64,000 nucleotides of DNA, taken from the IMG/VR virus record IMGVR_UViG_3300046168_000066; one strand, 5' to 3'. This document shows positions 32,227 to 42,089 of this stretch, piece after piece (the stretch's first letter is position 1; each line of letters begins with the position of its first letter). The notes below the pieces were generated by a model. That model was given only the letters and a program-made list of their open reading frames with translations, did no database searches and was not told the DNA's origin. The translations under genes were made by a program, and so were the position numbers. Source of the DNA: an uncultured virus (IMG/VR IMGVR_UViG_3300046168_000066). Its lineage: Duplodnaviria > Heunggongvirae > Uroviricota > Caudoviricetes.

Positions 32227-32985
32227 ATGAAAATTGACATAATCATAGGACATTCAAATACACACGATTCACGTGATAGGAATTTAAGATTTATTGTTGC
32301 ACGATATCAAAAATTGCTTCCAAATGCAAAAATAACAATCGTTGAGCAAAACACCGAAACAGACTTGTCTGAATTAAGTGTTAATCATATATTAAGAAAA
32401 ACACCTGAACCATTTGATTATAGTCGTGGGTATGGATTCAACGAAGGAGCAAAAGTAACTGACGGTGATTATATGATATTTGCAGATAACGATATATTAT
32501 TACACGAAGACTTGTTAAACAACTTCGGGGAACTTGTGAATGGATATGACTTTTTTGTTCCTTCGCAAAAATTTCTTAATATTTCACGTGACGGAACAAA
32601 GAAAGTAATTGCCGGTGACAACCTTGACGAATCTTGCTTGGGAAGAAATCGTCCAAGAGTTGCCGACAATGGTGCAGGAGGAGTCTGTATTATGTCTAGA
32701 AAAGGTTTTTATGAGATATATGGGTGGGAACCGTCAATTGGTTCTTGGTGTCCTGAAGATGAGTTAATGCGAAGCAAAGTGGATACATTTGGTTTGAAGA
32801 TTGGAAGATCACCATACGATATGTACCATCTTGACCACGATACAAAAGCACATAGAAGACTTGCACGATTAAACGACAAAAAGCAATGGAAGGAAATGGT
32901 AGAGAGAATATCAGTATTCAAGCAAATGGACAAACAACAACTTTTAGAACATTATCAAAAAATAGGGGAGAAACATTATAAATGA
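32227..32985 (+). CDS. GT2 / GT7-C-type galactosyltransferase-like protein
   Basis: IVEQ, RGYGFNEGA, FADND, GGV, GSWCPED, HLDH. Confidence 0.8.
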   Translation: MKIDIIIGHSNTHDSRDRNLRFIVARYQKLLPNAKITIVEQNTETDLSELSVNHILRKTPEPFDYSRGYGFNEGAKVTDGDYMIFADNDILLHEDLLNNFGELVNGYDFFVPSQKFLNISRDGTKKVIAGDNLDESCLGRNRPRVADNGAGGVCIMSRKGFYEIYGWEPSIGSWCPEDELMRSKVDTFGLKIGRSPYDMYHLDHDTKAHRRLARLNDKKQWKEMVERISVFKQMDKQQLLEHYQKIGEKHYK

Positions 32986-33524
32986 AAAATGCAAAAGCAA
33001 GAAAAAAGTTTTTAAATAAACTACCAAAAAATGGTATTGTGGCAGAGATCGGAGTTGCCGAGGGATATCACGCAGTAGCAATGAAAGAAATATCAACACC
33101 GGAGAGAATGTATTTAATTGATCCGTGGATTGTTTGTTATGGTCCGGGTGAAGGTGCGATGAAACAGGTTGAAGATTCATTATCAGTGAACATTTTAGAT
33201 GAAGGAGTTTTTAACTTAGACGTCCATACTGATTCTGTCGTGGCAATGAAAGAATATTCGGTCAATGCTTCAAAATATTTTCCAGACGAATTTTTTGATT
33301 ATGTTTATATTGACGCAGACCACAGATACGATGGTGTAAAAGAAGATATTGTACATTGGTTTCCGAAAGTAAAACCTGGAGGTTATATATCAGGACACGA
33401 TTACAGACATACACGTGTAAGGCACTATGGAATAAAACGAGCAGTAACTGAACTTTTAGAGGAACATAATTTAGAACTTGCTTTTACTTCACGGGGTTTT
33501 GATTGGGCAGTATTGAAAAAATAA
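32982..33524 (+). CDS. Class I SAM-dependent methyltransferase (Methyltransf_24-like)
   Basis: AEIGVAEG, IDPW, DYVYIDADHRY, VKPGGYISGHDY. Confidence 0.9.
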   Translation: MKNAKARKKFLNKLPKNGIVAEIGVAEGYHAVAMKEISTPERMYLIDPWIVCYGPGEGAMKQVEDSLSVNILDEGVFNLDVHTDSVVAMKEYSVNASKYFPDEFFDYVYIDADHRYDGVKEDIVHWFPKVKPGGYISGHDYRHTRVRHYGIKRAVTELLEEHNLELAFTSRGFDWAVLKK

Positions 33525-33540
33525 ACAACGGAAAGAAAAC

Positions 33541-33606
33541 AAGCAAATGAAGAAACAAGAACTCATCGGTTATTATGCTGAAATTGGGAAGGGACATTAT
33601 AGATGA
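33541..33606 (+). pseudogene. Orphan duplicate of the 3' end of the 32227..32985 gene
   Basis: Reads KQMKKQELIGYYAEIGKGHYR* versus KQMDKQQLLEHYQKIGEKHYK* at 32920-32985. Confidence 0.8.
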
Positions 33607-34361
33607 AAATAAGAAATAAAATAACGAATACATATCCCATCGCATTTCATTTGAGTGGTCTTTCTAAGTGGAATCGTCTTGGTCAAAGAATACATCGTTT
33701 GAGTAAGAAATTAAATCACGAATATGTAAACATCCGACCGGATTTAGATTTATGCTTTTTAAGTTATGGATATGACAATAAAAGTATGGTTGAAAATTCA
33801 TTAAGTCAATTTGGACTATCAATCGTAAATTTAAATGATTATATAGAATTTTCCAAATCAGATACGTTCAATGATATAAAAGCAACAAAACTTACTGCAT
33901 TTAAAAAATATTTAGAATCAACAACAAAGAAATATATTATTGGCCAAGATGCAAGTGATGTTTTTTTTATTAATCATCCAAATTTAGTTGTAGAGATATT
34001 TGAAAAAAAATTTGAATGCGAGTTACTTATGAACGGTGAAACTAATATGTTTCCTGATGTTGCAAACAGCATATATAACCGATTAGATAAACGTTCGGAC
34101 TACACGGACAAAAATAAAAAGTTTAAATTTTTAAACTCTGGATTATTTGTTGCAAAAGTAGATTTTCTTAAAAAGATAATAGATGAATTAATTGCAACAC
34201 CTTATATCGGTGATGCAAAGGACCAAGGTCAGTTTCAACAAATATACGAAAAATATTACCCAAAAATACAGGTTGATGTAAATTGTGAGATATTTCAAAC
34301 TACTGTATTTAGGAAACGAGACCGTGGAAAGGATAATAAATTTTTAGAAATAGAGGAATGA
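33603..34361 (+). CDS. PLOD/LH3-type glycosyltransferase domain protein
   Basis: DASDVFF, NGETNMFP, KFLNSGLF, DQ, VDVNCEIFQT. Confidence 0.7.
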   Translation: MKIRNKITNTYPIAFHLSGLSKWNRLGQRIHRLSKKLNHEYVNIRPDLDLCFLSYGYDNKSMVENSLSQFGLSIVNLNDYIEFSKSDTFNDIKATKLTAFKKYLESTTKKYIIGQDASDVFFINHPNLVVEIFEKKFECELLMNGETNMFPDVANSIYNRLDKRSDYTDKNKKFKFLNSGLFVAKVDFLKKIIDELIATPYIGDAKDQGQFQQIYEKYYPKIQVDVNCEIFQTTVFRKRDRGKDNKFLEIEE

Positions 34362-35203
34362 ACTACATTAACATACATTTAAAAGGACTTCTTGCAAATC
34401 AAATGTTTTGTGTATCTGCATTGCTTGCTTATGCGTGGAAACACAATCTTACACCAATTGTAAAAAGCAATCAAATATCAAGAAATCACGACAAAGGTCG
34501 TGATTCGTTGCTGAAGGTGTTTCCGAACATTCCATTTAATGATGATGTAGATTTTGAAATTGAAGAATTCTTGGAAGAACCAAAGTCATTGGGATTTCGT
34601 TATCAGGAAATACCATTTTATCCAAACAAAAATGTTCAAATGCGTGGATTTCGTCAAAGTGAAAAATATTTTGTGGAATACAAAAAAGAAATTCAAAAAA
34701 TGTTTGAACCACATCCTGACGAAAAGAAATATCTTGAAAACAAATATGCTGATATATTAAAAAATAGTGTGTCACTTCATATTCGCAAAGGTCGTGATAA
34801 TGCCGACACTTATAGTTCTGCTTATTATTGTTTGTTTGAAGATGTAAACACGTATTATCCGAATGCACTTCGCAAAATTTTACAAATGGATAAGACAATT
34901 GATAACATCGTGATATTTTCGGATGCAGTTGATTGGGTAGAAGAAAATCTTGATTTGTCCGAGTTTGATGCGAATGTAACTTTTGTTCGTGGAGAGAAAG
35001 ATTATATGGATATTCATTTAATGAGTATGTGTGAATATAATGTAATTGCAAACTCCACATTCAGTTGGTGGGGTGCTTGGTTGAATCGTAACGAGGAGAA
35101 AGTTGTTATTGCACCAACGGAATGGCACCCGTTGCACAAAAAAAGAAAGTTTAGTGATAAAGATATAATTTGCGAAGATTGGATTCGTGTTGGGGTAAAG
35201 TAA
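34358..35203 (+). CDS. GT11 alpha-1,2-fucosyltransferase-like
   Basis: GLLANQMF, GFRQSEKYF, SLHIRKG, FSD, IANSTFSWWGAWL. Confidence 0.9.
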   Translation: MNYINIHLKGLLANQMFCVSALLAYAWKHNLTPIVKSNQISRNHDKGRDSLLKVFPNIPFNDDVDFEIEEFLEEPKSLGFRYQEIPFYPNKNVQMRGFRQSEKYFVEYKKEIQKMFEPHPDEKKYLENKYADILKNSVSLHIRKGRDNADTYSSAYYCLFEDVNTYYPNALRKILQMDKTIDNIVIFSDAVDWVEENLDLSEFDANVTFVRGEKDYMDIHLMSMCEYNVIANSTFSWWGAWLNRNEEKVVIAPTEWHPLHKKRKFSDKDIICEDWIRVGVK

Positions 35204-35958
35204 TGTCAAATTTGGATTCAATAAATATTTGTTTTTGTTCTGATAAAAATTTAATTCGCTATATAAAAGTTGTAATTAAGTCAATTCAAAGATCAAATCC
35301 TTCATACGACTTTAATTTTCATATAATTCGTGACTTTGAGCAACACGAAGATTACGATGATTTAGTAGAGTATATTAAAAAGTTTTCAAATTTAAAATTG
35401 ACAGAATACAAATCAGAGTGGTCGTATGAATACAAAGGAATGTATCATATACCATCATCTGCGTCTATGCTTCGTATTTTAATTCCTGAATTAATCAACG
35501 AAGATCGGATATTGTATCTCGATGTGGATTTGGTTGTTAATATTGATATAAAAGAATTATACCAAACAAACACAGGTGAAACAGGAATTGCAATGGTAAC
35601 AGATGGTGCGGGGGATAGTGGAAATACTGGAGTAATGGTGTTGGATATTAAAAAACTTCGTGAAAACAAATTTACTAAATTTTGCATTGAACAAAATAAT
35701 AAGAAACCAGATTGCGATGGTCGTATTATAAACAAATATTTAAATAAAAAATATGAAATCTTGCCAAGTAAATATAATGTTTTGCAATATGTGTTAAACG
35801 CAAGACTTAGTAAACTTGCAAAATATAATAATAATTTTATATTCCACTTTACAGATAGACACAAACCTTGGAAATATTCCGAAAATTTCAAGAGAAGAAA
35901 AAAAAGACGAAAATTCCATTTTTTATGGTATTCTGCCAAGAATTATATCCATAAATAA
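35203..35958 (+). CDS. GT8 glycosyltransferase
   Basis: RILIPEL, ILYLDVD, NTGVMVLD, YN, FHF..KPW. Confidence 0.85.
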   Translation: MSNLDSINICFCSDKNLIRYIKVVIKSIQRSNPSYDFNFHIIRDFEQHEDYDDLVEYIKKFSNLKLTEYKSEWSYEYKGMYHIPSSASMLRILIPELINEDRILYLDVDLVVNIDIKELYQTNTGETGIAMVTDGAGDSGNTGVMVLDIKKLRENKFTKFCIEQNNKKPDCDGRIINKYLNKKYEILPSKYNVLQYVLNARLSKLAKYNNNFIFHFTDRHKPWKYSENFKRRKKRRKFHFLWYSAKNYIHK

Positions 35959-35972
35959 TTTAATCTGACACA

Positions 35973-35981
35973 ATATTTATA
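35973..35981 (+). promoter_or_regulatory. ATATTTATA motif
   Basis: Upstream of the GT25 fragment at 35986. Confidence 0.5.
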
Positions 35982-35985
35982 GACG

Positions 35986-36096
35986 ATGCGTGATAAAAAT
36001 CCATTTGATTATTTCGATAAAATATTCTGCATAAATCTTGATTCTCGTACCGAACGATGGGAACTTGCACAAGAAGATTTTATTGATGTATTATAA
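35986..36096 (+). pseudogene. Truncated 5' fragment of a GT25 gene
   Basis: MRDKNPFDYFDKIFCINLDSRTERWELAQEDFIDVL*, near-identical to the starts of 37644 and 39166. Confidence 0.85.
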
Positions 36097-36112
36097 GTTT
36101 GGGGTAAATAAA

Positions 36113-36937
36113 ATGGAATTAAAAGTAAAACACGATTGGGGATTTTTTTCAAATTGTACTGTGGCTTTGTATGAAATAAATAATTTTATTAAAGAAAATA
36201 ATTTAAATCCAGAGTTGGACATGAGTAAAAGTTTTTCATGGTATAGAGATTCCAATGGTGAAATAGATGTATACAAGTTATGCTTCAGTCAGTCGTTTGC
36301 AAAAGAAAGAATAAATACATTTGAGTTTAAACCTTCAGAACATGATAATAATCTCCACTTAAAACGTAGACGTGGTAGGAGAAAAATCATGAGAGAAGAT
36401 TCGTTCTATATGGCTCATAGAATGTACACGAATACTTTTATTCAAAGTGCATTACCAATCGTTAAAAGATATTTTTCACCGTCTGAATATATTCTAAACC
36501 TCAAAGAGCAATATATTCAAAAATATTCAATTGATACTAAAAATACTCTTGCTATATGTTATAGAGGAACGGATAAGAAATGTGAAATCCCTACTTTAGA
36601 TTTTAATTTATACACCGACTACTCAAAGGGTGTGCTTAATAAAAACAAAAATTTGACTAATGTACTGGTGCAGTCCGACCAATCTCAGTTTGTAAATTTT
36701 TGCAAAGATGAATTAAGTAAGTGGAATGTTATTCAGATAAATGAGATACCAACAACATCTTCACGTCGACAAATTTCTTTTATTACAAGTAAAAAACAAG
36801 ATCTTGCTACTAATTTTTTAGCATCATTATTGATAATTTCCGAGTGTAATTTTGTAATAAATCATACCGGAAATGTGGGTATGTGGATCACATTATATCG
36901 TGAAAATTGTAATCAAATGAAACAATTTTTTTTATAA
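36113..36937 (+). CDS. NodZ/GT23-like fucosyltransferase
   Basis: WGFFSN, ICYRGTDK, VQSDQ, ISECNFVINHTGNV. Confidence 0.7.
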   Translation: MELKVKHDWGFFSNCTVALYEINNFIKENNLNPELDMSKSFSWYRDSNGEIDVYKLCFSQSFAKERINTFEFKPSEHDNNLHLKRRRGRRKIMREDSFYMAHRMYTNTFIQSALPIVKRYFSPSEYILNLKEQYIQKYSIDTKNTLAICYRGTDKKCEIPTLDFNLYTDYSKGVLNKNKNLTNVLVQSDQSQFVNFCKDELSKWNVIQINEIPTTSSRRQISFITSKKQDLATNFLASLLIISECNFVINHTGNVGMWITLYRENCNQMKQFFL

Positions 36938-36972
36938 GTTAGAAGTAGATGGTATGAATTTGGAGAGTAATA

Positions 36973-37593
36973 ATGAGTAATAATAATTTCAGAAGTGATG
37001 TATGTGTTTTAAAAGAAAATAAACATTATCGTTTTTCCGATCTTTTTTTTTAAAAAGGTATAAGATGGGAGAAAGATAGAAATACACTATTAAATGATAT
37101 TAAATTTAAAGATAGTATTTTAAGGCAATATTTAGAGCAAAAAACAAAAGAACAAGATTATGAAACCCTTAAAGAAATTATCAAAGATTACATATCTAAA
37201 AAGAATCTAAAATGTCCCTCTGAATCTGAGTTGGTAATTCATTTAAGGTGTGGAGATATCTTTGAGAAAATAGATGAAGGGGATGCTAGTAAGGTTAATA
37301 AGCAGTATATGCTAGTGGATAATTTATTCAAAAAACAAAAAAAAATTTTTACTAACAAAATCAATAAAGTAAGTGTAGTGACGGCTATGCATTTTGGAGC
37401 AAACGAATTAAATCAGAAATACTTTTATTCAAAGGAAGTTTACAATGAAAATATTAAGTTTTTGGAGTTTTTTGAGGGTGTGATAAATAATATAGGATAT
37501 GAACTGAACATTATTTCTAATAATGACTTTGATCAAGATTTATGCTACATGGCAAGCAGTAATTTTTTGTTAAAAAGTGTTAGTAAATTGTAA
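36973..37593 (+). CDS. Fucosyltransferase-like (HxRxGD) protein; in-frame TAA at 37051 at a T9/A5 junction
   Basis: Same frame on both sides of the stop; HYRFSD...VIHLRCGD...DQDLCYM; paralogue of 62780..63412. Confidence 0.6.
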
Positions 37594-37630
37594 CAAATAT
37601 AAATGTATTAATGTATTAATGAATATTTTG

Positions 37631-37639
37631 ATATTTATA
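37631..37639 (+). promoter_or_regulatory. ATATTTATA motif
   Basis: Upstream of GT25 at 37644. Confidence 0.5.
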
Positions 37640-37643
37640 GGTG

Positions 37644-38333
37644 ATGAGTGATAAAAATCCATTTAATTATTTTGATAAAATATTCTGCATAAATCTAAAT
37701 TCTCGTCCCGATAGATGGGAACTTGCACAAGATGAATTTAGAAAGGTTGGAATTCTTGATCGTGTAGAAAGAGTTACTGCTCTTACAACAGAAGAAATGC
37801 CTTACGACCCACGGCCTGTAAAGAATAGAAGTGGTTCTGATTTACTTGGTCAGTTTGCGTGTGCAAGTAGTCACAACAAATGTACAAAACTTGCAATTCA
37901 ATATAATGCAAAAAACTATCTTGCGTTTGAAGATGATTTCTACTTTAAAGAATATGATAAAGATTATTTGAATACTTGTATTGATGAGCTTCCTTCGGAT
38001 TGGAGATTGTTTTCATTTGGATACAATAATTGGAGTGAACGGGCTGCTCCAATTAAATCTTATTCTGATAATTTAAATAAGATGTATGGATTCGGTCTTG
38101 CACACGCATATGCCATAAATAAAAATATGTTTACGCATCTAAATAATGAATTTGAAAAACGAGTAATACGAGCAGAAACACGGAGAAAAAGATGGTGGAA
38201 ACGAAACGAATATTTTTTAGGAAATGCAACAAAATATCAATATGGAGTAAAAAAAATGTTTGCTTTTCAACGAGATGGATTTAGTGATGTAACGAGTTCA
38301 AATAAAGATCATACATCATCAATAATAGAGTAA
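37644..38333 (+). CDS. GT25 glycosyltransferase
   Basis: IFCINLNSRPDRW, CASSH, AFEDD, AHAYAIN. Confidence 0.85.
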   Translation: MSDKNPFNYFDKIFCINLNSRPDRWELAQDEFRKVGILDRVERVTALTTEEMPYDPRPVKNRSGSDLLGQFACASSHNKCTKLAIQYNAKNYLAFEDDFYFKEYDKDYLNTCIDELPSDWRLFSFGYNNWSERAAPIKSYSDNLNKMYGFGLAHAYAINKNMFTHLNNEFEKRVIRAETRRKRWWKRNEYFLGNATKYQYGVKKMFAFQRDGFSDVTSSNKDHTSSIIE

Positions 38334-38337
38334 AATT

Positions 38338-39153
38338 ATGAATGATAATTTTTTTGAAAAAGAATGGAATACAATTGTTACAATAGGAACAAATTGTACT
38401 AATGCGTCTATAGTCAAAGGTAAAGGTATGAGGTATTTTTCAAGTCCTTTTGATAATATAGAAACATCAACTGCCCTTATAGAGTGTTCTGATTTAATTG
38501 CAAGAGAATTTAAAGGATATATGGACTCGGTTGAAAACTGGCCACTGAAAAGTGTTGGTGGAAAAACGGCAAATAGAAGTGTTCGTTGTAATATCAAAAA
38601 AGATAATTTAGACTTTTCGCAAATATACTTCCCGCATATATACAGATCGTGGTTTCACGGTCTTAAAAGAAACGACTGGAGAAATTTTAATAAGTGGTTG
38701 CCAAGTGAAGATGCTTGGAATCACAATAAAGCGTGGGAAAGATTTAAAACAACTATGCATCACAGACAGCAGAGATTGGTGTCCTTATTAAAAAGTAAAA
38801 ATAAAATACTTTTTCTTAGAATTGACTCGTCACCACTTAAGTATATTTTTCCACATAATCAACTACACCACTGTAATACTTTTGTGAGTGATATTGAAAC
38901 TGCATATCCAAATGCAGATTTCGGATTTTATTATTTGTACAAAGAAACAAGATATGGGAAACCAAGACAACCTGAACCGTTCGTTTCAACATCTGAAAAA
39001 ATGTATTTAGAAGATTATGAAGGACACACATCAGATACAGAACGCGAATTTAAAAACAAAATTGAAAAAAAAATAGAAAAAATAAAATTACTCCCGCGGG
39101 AGGAAATGTTGGAGTTTTCAACAGAATATGAAAAAGACATTTTTTATTTATGA
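38338..39153 (+). CDS. DUF1796-like protein
   Basis: TIGTNC, SSPFDN, YFPH, RQQRL...KILFLR; paralogue of 9313. Confidence 0.6.
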   Translation: MNDNFFEKEWNTIVTIGTNCTNASIVKGKGMRYFSSPFDNIETSTALIECSDLIAREFKGYMDSVENWPLKSVGGKTANRSVRCNIKKDNLDFSQIYFPHIYRSWFHGLKRNDWRNFNKWLPSEDAWNHNKAWERFKTTMHHRQQRLVSLLKSKNKILFLRIDSSPLKYIFPHNQLHHCNTFVSDIETAYPNADFGFYYLYKETRYGKPRQPEPFVSTSEKMYLEDYEGHTSDTEREFKNKIEKKIEKIKLLPREEMLEFSTEYEKDIFYL

Positions 39154-39165
39154 CAAAGGAATTAA

Positions 39166-39891
39166 ATGATGAGTGATAAAAATCCATTTGACTATTTTGA
39201 CAAGATATTTTGCATAAATCTTGATTCTCGTCCTGATAGATGGGAGCAAGTACAAAAAGAATTTGACAAAGTTGGGATCTTAAATAAGGTTGAAAGATTT
39301 AGTGCAAGAACAAGTAAGAATGAGGGTGGTCCCACCGGAAAAAATGTGCGTGGAAAACTTAAATGGAAAAATCTTGATGGAACTATAATGAGTCATATGA
39401 CTTGTGTAAAATATGCAAAAGAAAATAATCTTAAAAATGTTTTTATTTTTGAGGATGATGTTTACTTTAAGAATTACGATCAAAGTAAATTTATGACTGC
39501 TTTAAATTGTCTTGAAACAGAGAATTGGAATTTATTTTTTCTCGGAGGTAACATAATTAACCAAGATATCGATAACAAAATAGAAAAAAAATCAGATGAT
39601 TTATATCAAGTAAATTTACCAATTTATGCAATCCATGCTTATGCAGTCAACCAAAGTGCATATAACCGAATATTACGAAATCACTATCTTAAGATTGATT
39701 GGGAAAGGCAAGACATCATTTCACATCACAAACGAGTTTGGAGCATGGACAAATATCTTGGTGATAAAATAGATAAAAAACATACAATGAAAAATCCTAT
39801 GTGTTTTCAAAAAGAAGGATATAGTAATATAAATCGTGAGGTAATAGAGCAAACCAAAATATCTATCAAAAGTTACGAGGATTTGTTTTAA
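39166..39891 (+). CDS. GT25 glycosyltransferase
   Basis: IFCINLDSRPDRW, MSH, IFEDD, FFLGG, IHAYAVN. Confidence 0.85.
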   Translation: MMSDKNPFDYFDKIFCINLDSRPDRWEQVQKEFDKVGILNKVERFSARTSKNEGGPTGKNVRGKLKWKNLDGTIMSHMTCVKYAKENNLKNVFIFEDDVYFKNYDQSKFMTALNCLETENWNLFFLGGNIINQDIDNKIEKKSDDLYQVNLPIYAIHAYAVNQSAYNRILRNHYLKIDWERQDIISHHKRVWSMDKYLGDKIDKKHTMKNPMCFQKEGYSNINREVIEQTKISIKSYEDLF

Positions 39892-40811
39892 TGAAAAAAC
39901 ACTTCATAATTAAATCTGGTGACGAAAACGCAGGATTCACCGCATACATAAAGTTTGCTTTAAATGGCATTCTTTATGCAGAGCAAAACGATTTGATTCC
40001 CGTTGTCAACTTTGACAATTCAATTCGCAATTTCTTTTACGAAGAATCTTACGGAGAAAATACATGGGAATATTATTTTGAACCAGTTGCTGAAGTTTCA
40101 TTTGCAGATGTAATCGCAAACAATTTATCAAAGTGTACATTAAAGGATAGACAATTCCGTAATCAGAACTCGCATCCAAATCCTGACCGAGTGGATACAT
40201 TTTGGAAAAGTGACAGAAAAATTGGTGGAGATGAACACAAAGGTGATCCAAAAACTTGGTTGGAGAGCAAACGCAAGACTGCTCGTAAACTTATGAAGAA
40301 GTATGTTAGGGTTAAACCACATATTCAAAAAGTCGTGGATAACTTTGTAAATGAAAATTTTAACAATAAAAACATTATAGGATGTCACGTCCGAGGAACT
40401 GACTTTGCCTATGCAACTGCAACATCAGTTGAAAAATATTTTGAGATTCTCGATACACAAAAAGACGTACACATTTTTCTTGCAACGGATCAAACTCAGT
40501 ATGTTGAATTATTTAAAAACAAATATGGAAACGAACGGATTCTTACATACGATAGTTTGCGAAGTGATAATGATGTGGCTGCGTTTGAACTTGAAAACGG
40601 AAGTCCGTATAAAAAAGGTGAAGATGTGCTAATTGACACATTGCTTTTAAGCAGAACAAATTCAATTATCAAGTGTGCAGCTGCGGGTGGTGAGTTTGCA
40701 TTGTGGTTTAATGATAAGTTGGAAGTTCTTCACGATTTTGCGTTGGAAAGCAAGTTCCAAAAAGGTGGTCATTGGAACCGTGAGAATACTGCGTTTCAAA
40801 GACTAAAATGA
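39891..40811 (+). CDS. NodZ/GT23-like fucosyltransferase
   Basis: NTWEYYFEP, IGCHVRGTD, IFLATD, DTLLLS. Confidence 0.8.
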   Translation: MKKHFIIKSGDENAGFTAYIKFALNGILYAEQNDLIPVVNFDNSIRNFFYEESYGENTWEYYFEPVAEVSFADVIANNLSKCTLKDRQFRNQNSHPNPDRVDTFWKSDRKIGGDEHKGDPKTWLESKRKTARKLMKKYVRVKPHIQKVVDNFVNENFNNKNIIGCHVRGTDFAYATATSVEKYFEILDTQKDVHIFLATDQTQYVELFKNKYGNERILTYDSLRSDNDVAAFELENGSPYKKGEDVLIDTLLLSRTNSIIKCAAAGGEFALWFNDKLEVLHDFALESKFQKGGHWNRENTAFQRLK

Positions 40812-40818
40812 TATTGAT

Positions 40819-41352
40819 ATGGAAGGAAAAATATTAAAAGGAAAGCATACATATTTCAACGGAGGTGCAAACTTAAAATGGGTATGCGACACTAAGTTAG
40901 TTGTCGGCAACTTTACCTCTGTTGCAGCTGGTGTTCAGTTTTACATGGGAAATGGGTGGGGTCACGATATAGAAAATATATCAACATTTCCATTCGGATG
41001 TATGTCACGCCGAACATTTCGTGGAGCAATAAATAAATCTAAAAATACAAACGGTGATATAATAATTGGAAGTGATGTGTGGGTTGGTGAAAATGTCGTA
41101 GTGATGTCTGGTGTAAAAATAGGAGATGGAGCAGTAATTGCAAATAATAGTCATATTGTCAAAGATGTAGAACCATATTCAGTTGTTGGTGGAAATCCTG
41201 CAAAGCATATCAAGTTTCGTTTTGATGAAGAAACTATATCTAAGTTACTAAAAATAAAGTGGTGGGATTGGGATGACAAAAAGATAAAAGAAAATGTGAA
41301 CTTGATATGTAATAATAATATTGATGAATTCATAGGTAAGTTTTTTAAATAA
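40819..41352 (+). CDS. CatB/Vat-related hexapeptide-repeat O-acetyltransferase
   Basis: STFPF, IIGSDVWVG, GVKIGDGAVI, VVGGNPAKHIKFRF, KWWDW. Confidence 0.9.
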   Translation: MEGKILKGKHTYFNGGANLKWVCDTKLVVGNFTSVAAGVQFYMGNGWGHDIENISTFPFGCMSRRTFRGAINKSKNTNGDIIIGSDVWVGENVVVMSGVKIGDGAVIANNSHIVKDVEPYSVVGGNPAKHIKFRFDEETISKLLKIKWWDWDDKKIKENVNLICNNNIDEFIGKFFK

Positions 41353-41369
41353 AGGTAAATAAAGAAGCA

Positions 41370-42044
41370 ATGATATACACACACATACCATATACACCAA
41401 AAGAACACGGAACTAACTTAGGTTACGCATATAACAAATTCATGGAGATGCTTCCAAGCGATGACGATTGGGGATGTTTTCTTGACCACGATGCAATGTT
41501 TACAACATCAGACTGGTACAATCAGATTGAGGATATAATAAAAGATAATCCTGATGTGGGAGTATTTGGTGCAAGAACTAATAGAATTGCATCTCGACAC
41601 CAACTTGTTGGTAATATTGATGTAAATAATCACGATATAGAATATCATAGAAAAATTGGATCACATATAAAGACTAAATGGTATTCTGATGTTTTTTTAT
41701 TGGATTCAAAAAAAACTAGGGATGCAGGACTTAGTGGGGTTGTTATTTTGATTCAAAAAAGAACTTGGAGTAAACTTGGTGGTTTTAAACCCGATGGATT
41801 CTTGGGTGTAGATAATGATATAAGATACAGAGCAGACGATAAAAATGTAAAGGTGGGAATTATGAACGGTATATATGTTTATCATTGGTATCGTGCTGAT
41901 AGACCTGAAAATAATAAACGCGGATTCCGTATATTGAGAAAGATATCAAACAAGTGGTTTAGAAAAACTCAAAAAAAATCAAAATCATTTAATATAGAGA
42001 AAATATTTTTATTTGGAAATAGCATTTATGATCATTTTAAGTGA
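41370..42044 (+). CDS. GT2-like glycosyltransferase
   Basis: NLGYAYN, CFLDHD, SGV, GGF...GVD, VYHWY. Confidence 0.7.
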   Translation: MIYTHIPYTPKEHGTNLGYAYNKFMEMLPSDDDWGCFLDHDAMFTTSDWYNQIEDIIKDNPDVGVFGARTNRIASRHQLVGNIDVNNHDIEYHRKIGSHIKTKWYSDVFLLDSKKTRDAGLSGVVILIQKRTWSKLGGFKPDGFLGVDNDIRYRADDKNVKVGIMNGIYVYHWYRADRPENNKRGFRILRKISNKWFRKTQKKSKSFNIEKIFLFGNSIYDHFK

Positions 42045-42072
42045 TATTGTATAAGTGTAAATTAAAAAAAAT

Positions 42073-42081
42073 ATATTTATA
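42073..42081 (+). promoter_or_regulatory. ATATTTATA motif
   Basis: Upstream of rmlA. Confidence 0.5.
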
Positions 42082-42089
42082 AGAACAAG

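Noticed and set aside
40819..41352. Antibiotic-resistance gene (catB/vat)
   Set aside because: The hexapeptide acetyltransferase family also contains many sugar O-acetyltransferases, and the context favours glycan acetylation.
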